Of a DNA stretch of 64,000 nucleotides, positions 1 through 12,608 are shown in pieces. Source of the DNA: Paramecium tetraurelia. Taxonomy: Eukaryota. How positions within the stretch are numbered: the first letter of the stretch is position 1; each line of letters opens with the position of its first letter. Both the position numbers and the translations under genes were made by a program. The notes beneath the pieces were generated by a model. That model was not told the DNA's origin. It was given only the letters and a program-made list of their open reading frames with translations, and did not search any database. Location: assembly GCA_000165425.1 (NCBI GenBank), contig CT868596.1, positions 124,001 through 188,000 of the forward strand, written 5' to 3'.

Positions 1-1170
1 GAATTGAGCAGTGGTGGATAACTTCTCGCTGATGTGCTCTTAGAGTCTGTCAACAATTTCTTATTAGGCAGTTCTAATAAACTAGAATGATGGGGATACC
101 TTTCAGCAGTTTGGGTTTCATAGATTTCTGATTAGACTGCATACCATGCTTATTATCCAGCAAGTCTCTCTTCACTGTTTTCCAATTCAAGAGTATGGAA
201 TTCGATCCATGATTAAGCATCTTCGATTGTGTCCTTTTATTCTTAGATTTAGACTTCCAATTAGGCTTTTCTTTCGACCAATCTGGTGTGTTCATTGCTC
301 AAATGTACAGAGAATTCAGCCCAATGAGCAGCTTATCTATCCTCAACATCCTTAAATATTAAATTTGAATGAATACAGTCTTGGCAGCTTTTTCTGAGAC
401 TAATTATTATCTGATTTCGCTCAAGAGTTAAGCAATCTTGGTCAATGCCTTTTAGTTAACTCCGTGGGTTGCCAATTCAGTAAGAGCAGTGATGACTGGC
501 TATTTAAAGTAGGGTAATCAATCATACTTGCAACAATGCAGTGTGGGATGTGTTGTCTGAAAGCTTTTTGTGGAGTGTGTCGTATTTGCTCTTCAATTAA
601 GCAAATGAGGCTCCAAGGCTCAAATGTTGGATCAATTTAGCGGCTTCGTCAATAGCATCAATCACATCATCAATAGCAGCAACTTTTGATACAAAGGTTT
701 CGTGTTATTAGTTTCTTGTGGCTTCCTCTCTTGCATAGGTAGCTTCATTGCTAGCGATATCTGAAATGGTCACTCTGATATCTTCTTCAGACACTGCAAG
801 TGCTTCAATTGTATCGTCTCTCAATTAGGTATTTGAGGAAATTTAGTTTTAGTGATACAAAATCTCCTTTTTCCAAATCTTCAACGATCTAAAGGATTAA
901 TTAAATAGAATCAACTCTGTTGTTTGTTGTTGTGTCAAGTTCAAAAGCATGATCATGGTCGTTCTAGTCTTAGACGAGTCCTGCTCCAACACCATTCAAT
1001 AACATATTAACTTCATTGGCTGGGGTTGAGGCTTAAAGGTGGGCCTTTATGGCACTCAACACAACATGGCCGAATGGGTCAGCGTTGATTTAAGCCAAAG
1101 TTGTGTGGGTGTCAACGAACTTGGCAGCAGTCACAGCAAGAACCAAAGCTAAGAGAGCTATTTTTTACAT
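1..1170 (-). CDS. Trichocyst matrix protein precursor, T4-like family (3' end runs off window)
   Basis: Code-6 translation MQKIALLALVLAVTAAKFVDTHTTLAQINADPFGHVVLSAIKAHLQAS...EKLSTTAQF. It has a signal peptide, acidic coiled-coil segments and several tiny introns, and resembles TMP T4 by recognition. Confidence 0.88.
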
Positions 1171-1185
1171 TTTTAATATTAATTT

Positions 1186-1193
1186 AAAAACGG
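1186..1193 (-). promoter_or_regulatory. Candidate TMP upstream motif (CCGTTTTT)
   Basis: Lies 15 nt before the T4-like ATG; the same core occurs upstream of the other two TMP genes. Confidence 0.4.
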
Positions 1194-1418
1194 ATCGAGC
1201 ACTTCATTTATACTCATTTTAAACTATAATATTATATAATTAATATTTTCCCCACCTCTCCTGTCTCCCCATCTCACTTAATCCTCCCAATTCTTGCATA
1301 TCCCCTCTCCACTCTTGTTGAACTCAGCTCTCTCTTTTTTTATTATTATTTTTCAATTTAATAATTAACACTTCTTAAACATACTTAAACAAAGTATAAC
1401 ATATATTTTATATAATAT

Positions 1419-2678
1419 TCAAGCCTGCTTAATTCTTTATTATGGCGAACTAAACTAATGGTATCCATGGTCTCTTCTTTACGCTTAAGGCGATAAAGGT
1501 CGTCGTGGTTCAAAATCCCTTCCACCAGGTCCTCCCCTTTATAATTATTCTCCACCTCTTGGGTATTGGGGAGGATAATCTCCCCTATAGAACTCATTAG
1601 ATGGGCCTCCTCTTTGAGGATATCCTCCTGCTCTTCTGTATTCCCCTGGAGGTGGTTATCCTCTAAACTCTTAAGGTGGCAATCCTCTTGGATCCATTCC
1701 TCTCCCATATTCAGGAGGAGGTCCTCTATAATTGGCAGGAGGCATTCCTCTATATTCAGGAGGGGGAATTCCTCTTTAATCAGGATGAGGAGGTTTTCTG
1801 AAATCAGGAGGTGGCCCACCTCTGTATTCTGGAGGAGGCAAACCTCTGCACTCTTAAGGTGGCCCACCTCTATGATCAGGTGGAGGTCCACCTCTATACT
1901 CCAAGGGGGGTCCTCTATAATCATGAGGAGGTCCTCCTCTGTGATCTAATGGTGGTCCTCTATAATCAGGAGGAGGCCCATCTCTTGATGGTACATCTCT
2001 GCCGTAATCGCCGCGATAACCAATTGGTTCTGGTATTCCTCTTCTGAACTCACCTCCTTAATAATTGGGAGGGAACATTCTCCTATATTCAGGAGGAGGC
2101 ATTCCTCTAAATTCAGGACCATCACGAAAATCAGGAGGAGGCAATCCACGATAATCAGGAGGAGGGCCTCTAAAATCTTGAGGTGGTCCAACTCTTCTTG
2201 GGTCATATGCTCTTCCCTGTCCTTTCAAACCTTAAGGAGATGGTTCCCCGTATGGTTATTATCTTGGACCATATGGACTGCCATAAGGAGCAGATATTGG
2301 TCTATAATAGCGATCATCAGGATAGCCGTGATCATATGGAGCATTATTGTATCTTTCAGGGGGTGGAGGAGGATATTGAGGATTGAAACCAGGAGGAGGT
2401 CGTTCAAATCCTCTGGGCATGTTGCCATATGGAGGTTGTGGTCGATCTAAAGGGCGATCTTGGGGCCTTTAGGGTAGAGGGGCTCTTTCTGGGCCTTGTT
2501 CCTAATAAACTGGCTTTCTTTGAGGTGGAGGGCGTTCTTGAGGATGACCTTAATAATCATCAGCTCGACGAGGATCTTCGGGTAATTTTTGAAGATATTG
2601 AGGGTTTTAACCTGGAGGCTTCTCATGACGAGTAGGATATTTGTCATTGTCACCCGGTCTAGAAGGAGTGTAATACAT
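1419..2678 (-). CDS. Intronless 419-aa Pro/Arg/Gly-rich low-complexity repeat protein
   Basis: ATG at 2678 and TGA at 1419-1421 give 1260 nt. Translation MYYTPSRPGDNDKYPTRHEKPP... with about 15 PPP[DE][YFH]RG-type repeats. Locally GC-rich. Confidence 0.8.
1640..2175 (-). repeat. Imperfect coding tandem repeat (~21-27 nt units encoding PPP[DE][YFH]RG[G/M/L])
   Basis: Recurrent tctatattcaggaggagg / tctataatcaggaggagg-like units on the + strand. Confidence 0.85.
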
Positions 2679-2751
2679 TAATTTTGAAAAATATATATAT
2701 TGTAATCAGTTAGTATTTAATTCTCAAATTATTTGATATATTTTAATAGAA

Positions 2752-4192
2752 TCATTTAGAAACTCGATACACAAACATCTAGCCAAGAAATACTTTAATG
2801 GAAAAGTAAAATAACATCATTTTTGTGCTCTAAGCATATTTAATAATATACCCCTTCTGGAAAAAAGTAAGAAATACTATTTGAAATAATAGCACTCAAA
2901 CCCATGATGGCCAACATAAAGGAGAATACTCCTTGACTAGCCATAGATCCAAAAATTTTAGGAATAGAACTACTAATCACAGAGAACAAAAGGGCTAATG
3001 AAACCGTAAAAATTGAACACATAACATTAATCAACACTGTGTTATCAAACCATATTGAAGCAACAAATATAAGAATTAGGAGCATCTAAATGAATAATAA
3101 TTTTTTGAATACATTTGTTTAACCTAATCTTCTAATTACAAGTTTGTATGGCAAATCTGAAATAAAATAGTTATAGGCCAACCTCATAAATCCATACAAC
3201 ACAATCGATATTTAAAATGTGGTAGATGATTTATTATAGGTTATACCTAAAGCAGATTGGATCCTCTGATATTAACAGAATATCAAGTATGGCAAAAGAG
3301 ATGATGACACTACTAAAATTGACATTATTTAAAATGGCTTAGTTGATAGGGATTAAGGAAATGTTATTGGTTAATCGAATGATTAATCATTCTCGTTTTA
3401 AGAATGTTGGCTGTGTTATTATTATTTAAGATCTAAATGAGCAAATGCGAGGAGATCATAATCGACAACACTATCAGCAATATCTCCATCTGGTTATTTA
3501 ACAAGTAAAGCTGCTGTGATTCCTAAAATAAAAGCCCAGATTGTAAGTCCTCTTAGAGACCTTCTTGTTTAAAGATTGAAGCATTCTCCACAGAAATATT
3601 GATTATTATCAAAATACAATTCTAATTAATTTGCTTAATTCGACTCAAAGATTAGTAATGCAAAAAATGCACCTAATCCTATGAATATTTGGAATATTGA
3701 GTTTAGGTGTTCTAATTTAAGAATAAAGTATATACATTTCTATTTAACAAAGTATCTCCAAGTTGTTAAAAATGGTGTTGAGTACAGAATTCCTATGGAT
3801 GGGGCTATCACAAACAGCTGAAGTAAGAGGTGGATTATCCAATACTAAGTGATTCTATTTGTATATTTATACCTAATCAAAAATAGCCATCATCATAAAG
3901 GACATTCCAATCAAACTAACAAATATGCAAATTAAGGATTGAGGTCCTAATTTCTTAAGGAAAAAGTCACTATGAGGTATGAACAAATTCATAATTAAGA
4001 TCATAAGAGCATAGCTGATATAAATGATGTATTAGTGATTAAGGTCTTTATATCCAATTAAAATTTCATGATATGATTGTAAAATTGGCCATGCAAAGAA
4101 GAGCCCAATAATCTATTAATTGTTAGATAGATTACTAACTTAACGAGCAAGCCAGATATGAGTACTCTTGTCCCTTCTTGCTTGAAATCCAT
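2752..4192 (-). CDS. Multi-pass membrane transporter, MFS-like
   Basis: MDFKQEGTRVLISGLLVKL/IIGLFFAWP... with many hydrophobic helices and several tiny introns. TGA at 2752-2754 after a 22-nt intron. Confidence 0.7.
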
Positions 4193-5092
4193 AATCTATT
4201 TCAGAATTTCCCTGTAATTAGGGTTCATCAAAATTTAATAAAAATAATTAATTAAATATGCTGATAAACCTATCTAGAAATTGCAATTCTAATTTGAATT
4301 TTAGAAAATCAGAAATTATTAAACCTATGCCTTGATTATACACACAATATAAATTTTTGGTTATGAAGACTTTTCAACTATTTTGATACCATTTTATAAA
4401 TACTTTAAAACTATTAATTTCCTATGGGCAATTGATATCATAAACACTATTTAGAGATCTGTAAAAGATAATGATCGAGCCTTTTTTGATATATATTCCA
4501 TTAGATTCAAAGTTTCTAAAACTTTACTTAAGCCATTTTAATAATTAAGTATAATTTGATATGAAGAACATCTTATGCCTTCAATGAATATGAAGTTTTA
4601 ACCACATACTTCGAATAGCATAAGTTAATTTCATTATAATTAACTAGATATTAAATATTATAATTTGTTTTTCAAGATGTATTTGATTAGAATTTCACCT
4701 CCTAAGGGAAAAATAATTATAAATTTAAAATAGTAAATATTTAAAATGTAACAACCTTTATAATCAATTGGACTTTTTCAATAAACAGATAAATTTTAAT
4801 TCTTTACTTCTTATAACATATTTTTTTAGAGAATAATATTTTAAGTAATTGAGTTATAGCCAACAATCATCGATCAATTTATGTGTATACAATAGTTTTG
4901 ATTATTATTTCTATGTTTTAGGAGGGATATTAATTAGGATGATTTCATAGTTTTTGTTTTAGATTAGTAGTAAGTGTGAAAAAGAGGAAGTTAGGACATT
5001 ATGGAAGAGAGGTTTCAATTTAAGAGAAAGTTTTTTAAAATGATATGTTGAATAGCAAATAATAATAATAATATAATAAATATTTAAATCAA

Positions 5093-5720
5093 ATGCAGTA
5101 AGTGACTCCTGCATATGTCAGAAATCTGAATGGAATCACACAAGAGTATTTGATAGATTGATTTTAGTTTCTTGTGCCCTGTAAATGCCAACACTTACAA
5201 TATTCAATTCTTGAAATTTAGAATAAGAGATATGGATTCTGGATAAACACTATTTGAGGTTGAGCGAGATCAAGACGAGGAGTCGATAGGTAGAGAGTAT
5301 GTTGATGTATGATAGAAAATCTACCTCCAGAATATCAGGATGAGGCTAGACGTATAAAATATCATTTCGGGCCTTAATTTTTTGAATTAAAGACTGTGGG
5401 TGCTTAATTGACTTTTTCAGTGGGCAACAAACCTGTCAAAAACTTTACAATAATAGAGAGACATTATTTCAAAGAACATTTATTGAGAAGCTATGAATTT
5501 CAATTTCCCTTTTGCATCCCCAACTCAACGAACACTTGGGAACACATCTACACAATTCCAGAGATAGACGAGGCAATGGTAATGAATAATGGTTAAGAAT
5601 TATTAGAGACAGGAAATGATAAACAATCCATTCTAGACAAAATCAGATAGTTTTTATTTTGTGGGAGAGCAACTCGTGATGCATAACAAGGCAGAATATG
5701 ACTATTCACCTTTTGATTGA
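5093..5720 (+). CDS. UNC119: UNC119 (GMP-PDE delta family) myristoyl-cargo chaperone
   Basis: FLCPVNANTYNIQFLKFRIRDMDSG, IERHYFKEHLLRSYEFQFPFCIPNSTNTWEHIY, SDSFYFVGEQLVMHNKAEYDY; three tiny introns. Confidence 0.93.
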
Positions 5721-5745
5721 TATATATTAAAAATCTATTAATATA

Positions 5746-7648
5746 TCATAATTTGGCTTTGATTACGTTTTCCTTGACTAGCACCTCAAAAGCTTTGGGT
5801 GTGATGGACCAAGTAGTTGTATACGATTGCATCTATTCCACCCACAATTCAAAACTGAGGATGTCCTCTTCTCTCCCATTCTTCGAAATCAACTCCAAAA
5901 GTTACCCACCCACAAAGGATTCGCATAATCTAATTTTAATAGTAAACAATACATAAAGCAGAGATCTCTGATTCTCATTTCAGAGTACTTGACAGTTCCC
6001 TATAAAATATTAGATAATTCAGCCACAACTCCATTATGATTGATGGTCATTTTGGCAATGTAGGGAATGAAGCTTCTTCTGGTTTCAGGCAATTGAGTGT
6101 CAGCTGACAATTGAGTCATCATAATATGAGTGTGGAATCTGGCATAGACATCTAGTTTCTGGAGTGGATCCTTCTTATCACTGGATTTGAGAGCCCTCAG
6201 GAAGTCCAAACACAAGACATTAGTTGTGCCTTCCCAAATAGTTAGTACTTGAGCATCCCTCAACATCAAAGGAATGTAGCTATTCTCCATGTATCCCAAA
6301 GCACCCAAGGCCTCAATTCCCTCACTCATCCAATACATACAGATTTTTGCAGTATATAATTTCAACAATGGAGTCAATATTCTAAACATCTCCTCGTCAT
6401 CCTTCGTAGCGGCATTATTCTAGATTTTCGAGAACAATTAAGCCACTTTGAAATAGAACAAACTGCAAGCTCTCACATTAAGATTGAATTTAGTAAGCAT
6501 TGTTTAATGAGCTGGTTTCTCAATGAGTTCTTTCCCAAAAGCTTTTCTCTTCAAAGAATAATTGACAACTATTGAGTATAGTCTATTCATAGATCCAACA
6601 GCTGAAGATGCGTTATACAATCTAGTTACATTTAACATTTGACTAATTCCTTTTACTCCCTTGCCTTCCTCACTGATAAGATAGGCTTCACTTCCTTAAA
6701 GAAGTAATTCAGCTGTTGGCAATTGTCTAGTACCCATCTTATCCTTCATTGTCATAATCTTGATGTTGTTCAATGTTCCATCATCCTTCTTGACTCTCAT
6801 TATGAATAGAGACAATGGATATTTCCTAAAATCTTCAATTTTTTTCTCTGGAACTACTCTAGCTAATGCCAATCTAAGAAGTTTTAAATAGTTATTGATA
6901 CGTCATTTCACTATCGGTGGCTGATGAGAACCATTTGTAACCATACAATTTGTACTTGTTGCCTCCTTAATGGACGGCGATGGTTGTGGTTGAATTGTTT
7001 ACATCTGACCCGCCATCCTTTTCAGTCATCCATTATCCAGAGGTCCAAAATTTAGAAGGGTCTCTGGATGTTAAATTTTCAAATCCTTATTGTACCAGTT
7101 TGATAGTTTCTTAACATTGGGTGGTTGGATTGCTTAACCATTATTTGAGCAAGTAGGCTGCACCATCTGTCATGGCCAACGGACAACCCTATTGGTTTAG
7201 GAATGAATTAATATCTTACAAATAATCCAGATACTGGTTAGTACATTTGGAGTCTCAATAATTGCAGTAGTCTATTCCAAATTCCATGTTTACTCTCGTA
7301 GGCCATAGCTACTATTCCACACTATTTAGATCACATCATTACTTTTGCAGCATATTCCTTTTCCTTTCTCCATCCTTCTCCCAACACCAATTTATCAATT
7401 ACATTCCCATACACATCTTGTTTAATCAACTTAGGTGGATTCAATTCAGCATCCACACTGTGTTAGTAAAGAACATCATTGCAAAATTGTCCGAACTCTG
7501 TAAATTCTTTATCAATCTCATTAAATAGATCCTTATTGTAAAGCACATTCTTGAGTTGAGTTCTGAGGATTCCCCCCACCAACCAAGGATTGGAAGCCTC
7601 CAATTTTGGTTGAGTCATTGATTACACCAACTCCAAATGATTTTACAT
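5746..7648 (-). CDS. Acyl-CoA dehydrogenase, AidB-like, with C-terminal PTS1 (-AKL)
   Basis: Motifs GCPLAMTDGAA, SGQWMTEKDGGSDV, YGYKWFSSA, DKMGTRQLPTAE, IWEGTTNVL; ends VIKAKL-TGA. Confidence 0.9.
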
Positions 7649-7659
7649 ATTTATTTTAT

Positions 7660-9075
7660 ATGAAATAAGCAATTTTAGATTTTATCAATTCTGGTATTCT
7701 CACAACTAAACCCATCGATGCCTTCTACACAGACCAATTTGAATACTTTACCAACGAATGCTACAATCGTCTTATCTCATTTTACATGAAATAGTAAAGT
7801 GATGATAAACTTAAGAGTGCTTATATAGCTCTAATGAAAGTTGTGCAGAATCCAAAAGTTGAAAACCTCAATCTCCTAGTATTTTGTGCAGCGTACCTTG
7901 CGCAAAAGACCTACTACTATCAGCAAAATCTTGTTCAAATGAATAGCAAGAACATCGAAAGAATCCACTTAGATTGTTATCATATCATAACCTACACTCT
8001 CAATGGAGTTATCGTGTCTGATCAGTACATCGAAACTAATCTAAAAAAGTATTTCACTGATAAGTACTTGGATTACACCAAAAAAACTGCTCCTCCACCA
8101 CAATATGTGAAACCCACCAAATTCTTTGGTCGGCCTGTTGAATACACCAAACTAGAAAGTGATGAAGGCTCAGAATTCGCTTAGACTCTCTCAGGGATAT
8201 TTAAACCACCAACCAAAAATAGGAAACTTCCCATAGTTGAAGAAGAAACTCAGTATTAAGTTAGACAACAATTTAAATCCCCTCCTATAAGAAGGATGAA
8301 AATTGACATCAACTCAATTTCACCATCTCTCGCAACCGCTCTACATAGAACTAGCTTAGGTTTCGAAAAACCCAAGATCATCAATCATCCATTACTGAAA
8401 TCTCAATTGGGAGATATGAATTTCATGTAAAGACTCAAAGATCTTGAGTAGGATGGCGAATAAAAACTCGAGACCAAGATCCAAAGATCCCATAGGCAGA
8501 ATATTGTCGAGTAACATAATCTTACCTATCCTCCCAAAGAATATTTTTAGAAGAATGTCAAAGTGGATGCCCTATTTAAGAACTTCCTCGAACTCAAATA
8601 CGTGTTAGATTAACGAAAAGAGACTATGAGTTCTATCAAAGACATCAATGATTATCAGCCTAGAATGCCCTATGTTCCTACTTATACTCCATACCTGTAA
8701 TTAGAGAGTTCATAGCCTCTGAAATAGCAATTGATTCAAAAGAGCAGCTTTGAAACACTGCCTCCTTCTCATGAATTGGACAAGGCTACCTTCAGCAAGT
8801 TTGATATTCAAGCCCAAACTACGAAATCAACTTTCAATAATCAAGTCAATTCCACATTTTTCTTTAAGACTAACAACAAACCATAATCCTTGTCGAAACA
8901 TTCAACTCAAAATTCATTCTTCTAATACATGAACAAGTAGAAAGAATACAAGCAACAATTTGATAGATTCCTCTCGAATGAATCATCTCCTGACAGAAAT
9001 ATTAACCAAATCAATAGTCAACTCTTGAAAAAGCAAAATTTCTTAAAGAAAAGTCTACAAAGGATAAAAAAATGA
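7660..9075 (+). CDS. Hypothetical protein (471 aa, intronless)
   Basis: ATG 7660 to TGA 9073-9075 is 1416 nt in code 6 and includes ORF-track fragment 7834-8184 in frame. Confidence 0.7.
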
Positions 9076-9241
9076 GAGATATTTGTGCAATTTTATATTT
9101 TTTAACTGATGTGTATATAATATAAGAATTAAGAATTTGGAACCTTCCCTCATTTTAATCTGTGTGTGTGGAGTGAGATGAAAGATGAAGGGAAAGGAAT
9201 GAATGAATGAAATAAGATAAATTCTTATATGAATAATCCCA

Positions 9242-10379
9242 TCAATATCTTTTAAGGGATGTTTATGAAGCTAATGATCTGACTTAATCTTTGAAGAGTT
9301 GGATAACGACATCAATGATAGCATTTTCCTCTAAAAAAATATGTCTAGATAGTTACCGGCTCTTCTGACTGTTTCTGAAGCATAGAATTCTCTCTTTTCT
9401 TCCAAATCAGCAGTGGCACCAGCAACAGCGTTTAAGGAATCTTTCCATAATTTGAGGGCCTTGGCTTATTGGGCTAAGACGGCTGGGAGTTACTAAAAGA
9501 TTAAAGGCAAATGAGTACGGTTTCCAATTTTTCAACAAGGTTTGTTCTTCTTTCGTGTTCGGAGTTCAACCATGCGACTTCAGCATTTGTGTCTGAAACG
9601 TATTTGGCAAGAGCGAAAGCAGCGTGGATTTCTTATTCTTAGAGTTAGGCGAGTGTGGATTCCAATTCTCCTTGTAAATCTTATAAGATTGAAAGGACTT
9701 GTTCTCCAGTTGTTCCTTCTCTCTTAACTTCGGCAAGGGATTGGAATTTCTCGATAGCGTCTTATTAGAAGAGGTGACTGTAGGCAGACAATTTGTCAGC
9801 GATTGTTTAGGCTTTTTCAACGAGTTCAACTCCAGCATTGTTTGTGAGGAATCCAGCAACGTCTTGAGTCAAAAGTGTGACTACACCGATGGCATCAGCA
9901 TGATCAGCAAGGGATCTGACGAAGAGTCCATTGGCCCAACATCTTTAATCTTAGAGTTATGCATTTCTTCTTTCGATTTCAGCAAGTCTGGCTTCAGCCC
10001 AGGCCAACCATTAATATCCATCCTTTGAGAAAGTATTAATGAAATCATACCCTGACTTAGGCTTCAACATCACCTCTAACTCCACCAAGGGCTTCCCATT
10101 GTTATTTATTGAGGGAGGCGACATTTGTCAAGTCACCGATAACTTAAGAGAAGATTTCTATAGAGATATAATAAAATAAGGCTTACCCTCATCAGTGTTA
10201 TTCTTTTTGTCTGCAGCAGCTTAGACATTAACATTCTCTGTCTTGAGATCTCTCAAGAGGTTGTACACTGATTCAACAGCATCATTTCCTCTTGTACCAG
10301 TTTGGAGGAGGACAGCAAATTTGTTTGTATCTGCGGCAAATACAGCAGCCACTAAGCAAATTGTGATGAGTGCTCTCAT
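9242..10379 (-). CDS. Trichocyst matrix protein precursor
   Basis: MRALITICLVAAVFAADTNKFAVLLQTGTRGNDAVESVYNLLRDL...: signal peptide, acidic coiled-coil, TMP-like size and codon bias; tiny introns. Confidence 0.82.
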
Positions 10380-10401
10380 ATTTTTTTTAATTTAATTATC
10401 T

Positions 10402-10410
10402 AAAAAACGG
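10402..10410 (-). promoter_or_regulatory. Candidate TMP upstream motif (CCGTTTTTT)
   Basis: Lies 22 nt before the TMP ATG at 10379. Confidence 0.4.
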
Positions 10411-10779
10411 GTTCATAATTTGGTTTAATAATTAATCATTTAATACTCAATATATTACAATAAATAATCATCAAGCTAGACCAAAGTCATACAGTAAAAT
10501 GGATAGCATGGATGCACTCCTCACCATACATCATAGATCAATATTATATTGGCAAGTCTAATTAATAATTTTAAATATTGAAGTGTTTTCATAAAATTGT
10601 ATTTTGTACATTTATTATTTTAAATTGAGCAAGAAGTCATTAATTCAAATACACTAATTTTACAAATTTCATTAATCCCATTTTATTATTTAAATTCTCA
10701 ACTCTTCTATAGATGTCTATAGATGTCTGTTTGATAATTGCTCAGTTATAAGTCTATTACGCCCAATTATAAAAATAAA

Positions 10780-12461
10780 ATGAAAAGTAATTATCGTAAT
10801 ACTTCTTTTGGGTAACACAGTATTTCGGATAATTCTGATACTCAGAGAGATGTGGAATTGGAGGATATTGATATGAGTAAAATGAATCATTATACATTCT
10901 ACCAATCTATCAATGCCTAACAAACATAATATGAATAGATTGAAGGAGAAATCTTCATTTTAGAGGTCCTGCAAAATATTGTTCACAAGACTATCAAAAT
11001 TGCAGCGGATAATGAAATAAATAGAAAGATTCCACCCACTACAGCAACTGCTGCCTTAGAACTAATCATCTTACCTCTAACACAATCTTTTAATCGACCT
11101 GAAGATCCAAAACCAGACTTTAAGACTGGTGGATTATCTGAAGACTATGAACCTGTAAAGTAAATTTTTATTGCAAGCCGCATATCATAAGAGAATAATG
11201 GTTGACAGCAAATATGATAGTAGAATAATAACAACCAGCACCAATTAGTAGACAATTAACTACTGCTTAAACCTTAGTTAGATAAAAGTTGAATGTAATA
11301 TTGATGTATTATTAAAAGGATTAAACTCAAATAAAAAAAGAATAGAAGCAATTAGATCCTATGCCAATTGATCTCGATGATCCACTAGATATTAGTATAA
11401 CAGAAGAAAAACTGAGAACAGCTAAAGAACGATAGACATTAGAACGCCAATAATTGTACGAGCAGGAAAAGAGAAGGAAAATAAAATTAGAACAGGAAGA
11501 GTAACTGAAATACGAAATTATTGCCAAAGATAAGAAGTCAAAGTAATTTACCTACGATTATGATGGGAAATTAATACCAGTTACCACGACTAAAATAACT
11601 AAACTACCTCCATCGACATCCACTTTAGTGTAATAGAATAATTTATGTAATAGATCCAAATTCGAGGAAGATACAGTTACTAAACTAGCACAAAAAAAGA
11701 AACAATACAATAAGATAAATATGATAGGGAAGAGAAATGATGAAGACAAAGAGACTTTTAAATTTAATTAATTAGCTCCCTTAGTTATTGAGAACATGAA
11801 TCTGTAATCTGGGGTGACCATTAATTATGAAGGTCGTCTAAAAGAAGGACTTAAAACTCATACTATTGATTTAAATAATATGAGTAATCCTTGTTTAAGG
11901 ATGGCGAGACTTGAGTATTTGGGATTAACACAAATAATGAATTCCAATAGAAACCAAGTGAATAGTGTGAATGTCAAGGCTGAGGATAAGGAAGTTAAGT
12001 AAGCTACTAATTTTAATTATGAGAAACTGAAACGATTTACTTAATAGTCTCATACAAAATAAGGTTAAATTAAGTAAAATAAGTGTATCTATGTAGAATT
12101 AATTCAACTAAAATTTATGATTAATTGGCTTCAACTTTGTTTGAAGAAGAGTCAATGACATCCAGTCCTATTAAAAGATCATTTGAAGGGGCATAGAAGT
12201 TGTTAAAGAATCCCATAGATTAATTTAACCTTTCTTTGTATTAGAATACCACTTGGGGAAAGGAAACATAAAATTCAAATGCAGCCTACTCAAAATTGAT
12301 AACAAATAAGGCAATTGATAAGTTTATGACCATTTTTATAAAATAGAGATCTAAAGATGACAATTGGGAATAAGGATAAAAGACCTAGAGAACGTAAATT
12401 TTACTCAGAAGGCACTACATTACCTAGCATTAGAAGTTAACGTGTTTTATATTAAATGTGA
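10780..12461 (+). CDS. Hypothetical protein
   Basis: MKSNYRNTSFGQHSISDNSDTQ... code-6 frame with tiny introns; ends LPSIRSQRVLYQM-TGA. Confidence 0.55.
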
Positions 12462-12608
12462 TTAAATTTTAATATTTTTTGTTATTATATGAACTCTCAT
12501 TTGAATAATTGCAAAGGAGAAATGTGATTTGATTATCACTGAATTAATATTAATTATAGTATTTGAATTAAATAAAGCGTATTAGAGAAACATAGATATT
12601 TTAACATA

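Noticed and set aside
1385..2653. Stack of overlapping ORFs on both strands, or a CRISPR-like repeat array
   Set aside because: A by-product of the GC-rich coding repeat in one minus-strand gene. The units are degenerate, codon-phased and lack unique spacers.
4200..5090. ~900-nt spacer between the divergent MFS and UNC119 genes
   Set aside because: No convincing code-6 ORF, repeat or RNA gene could be read.
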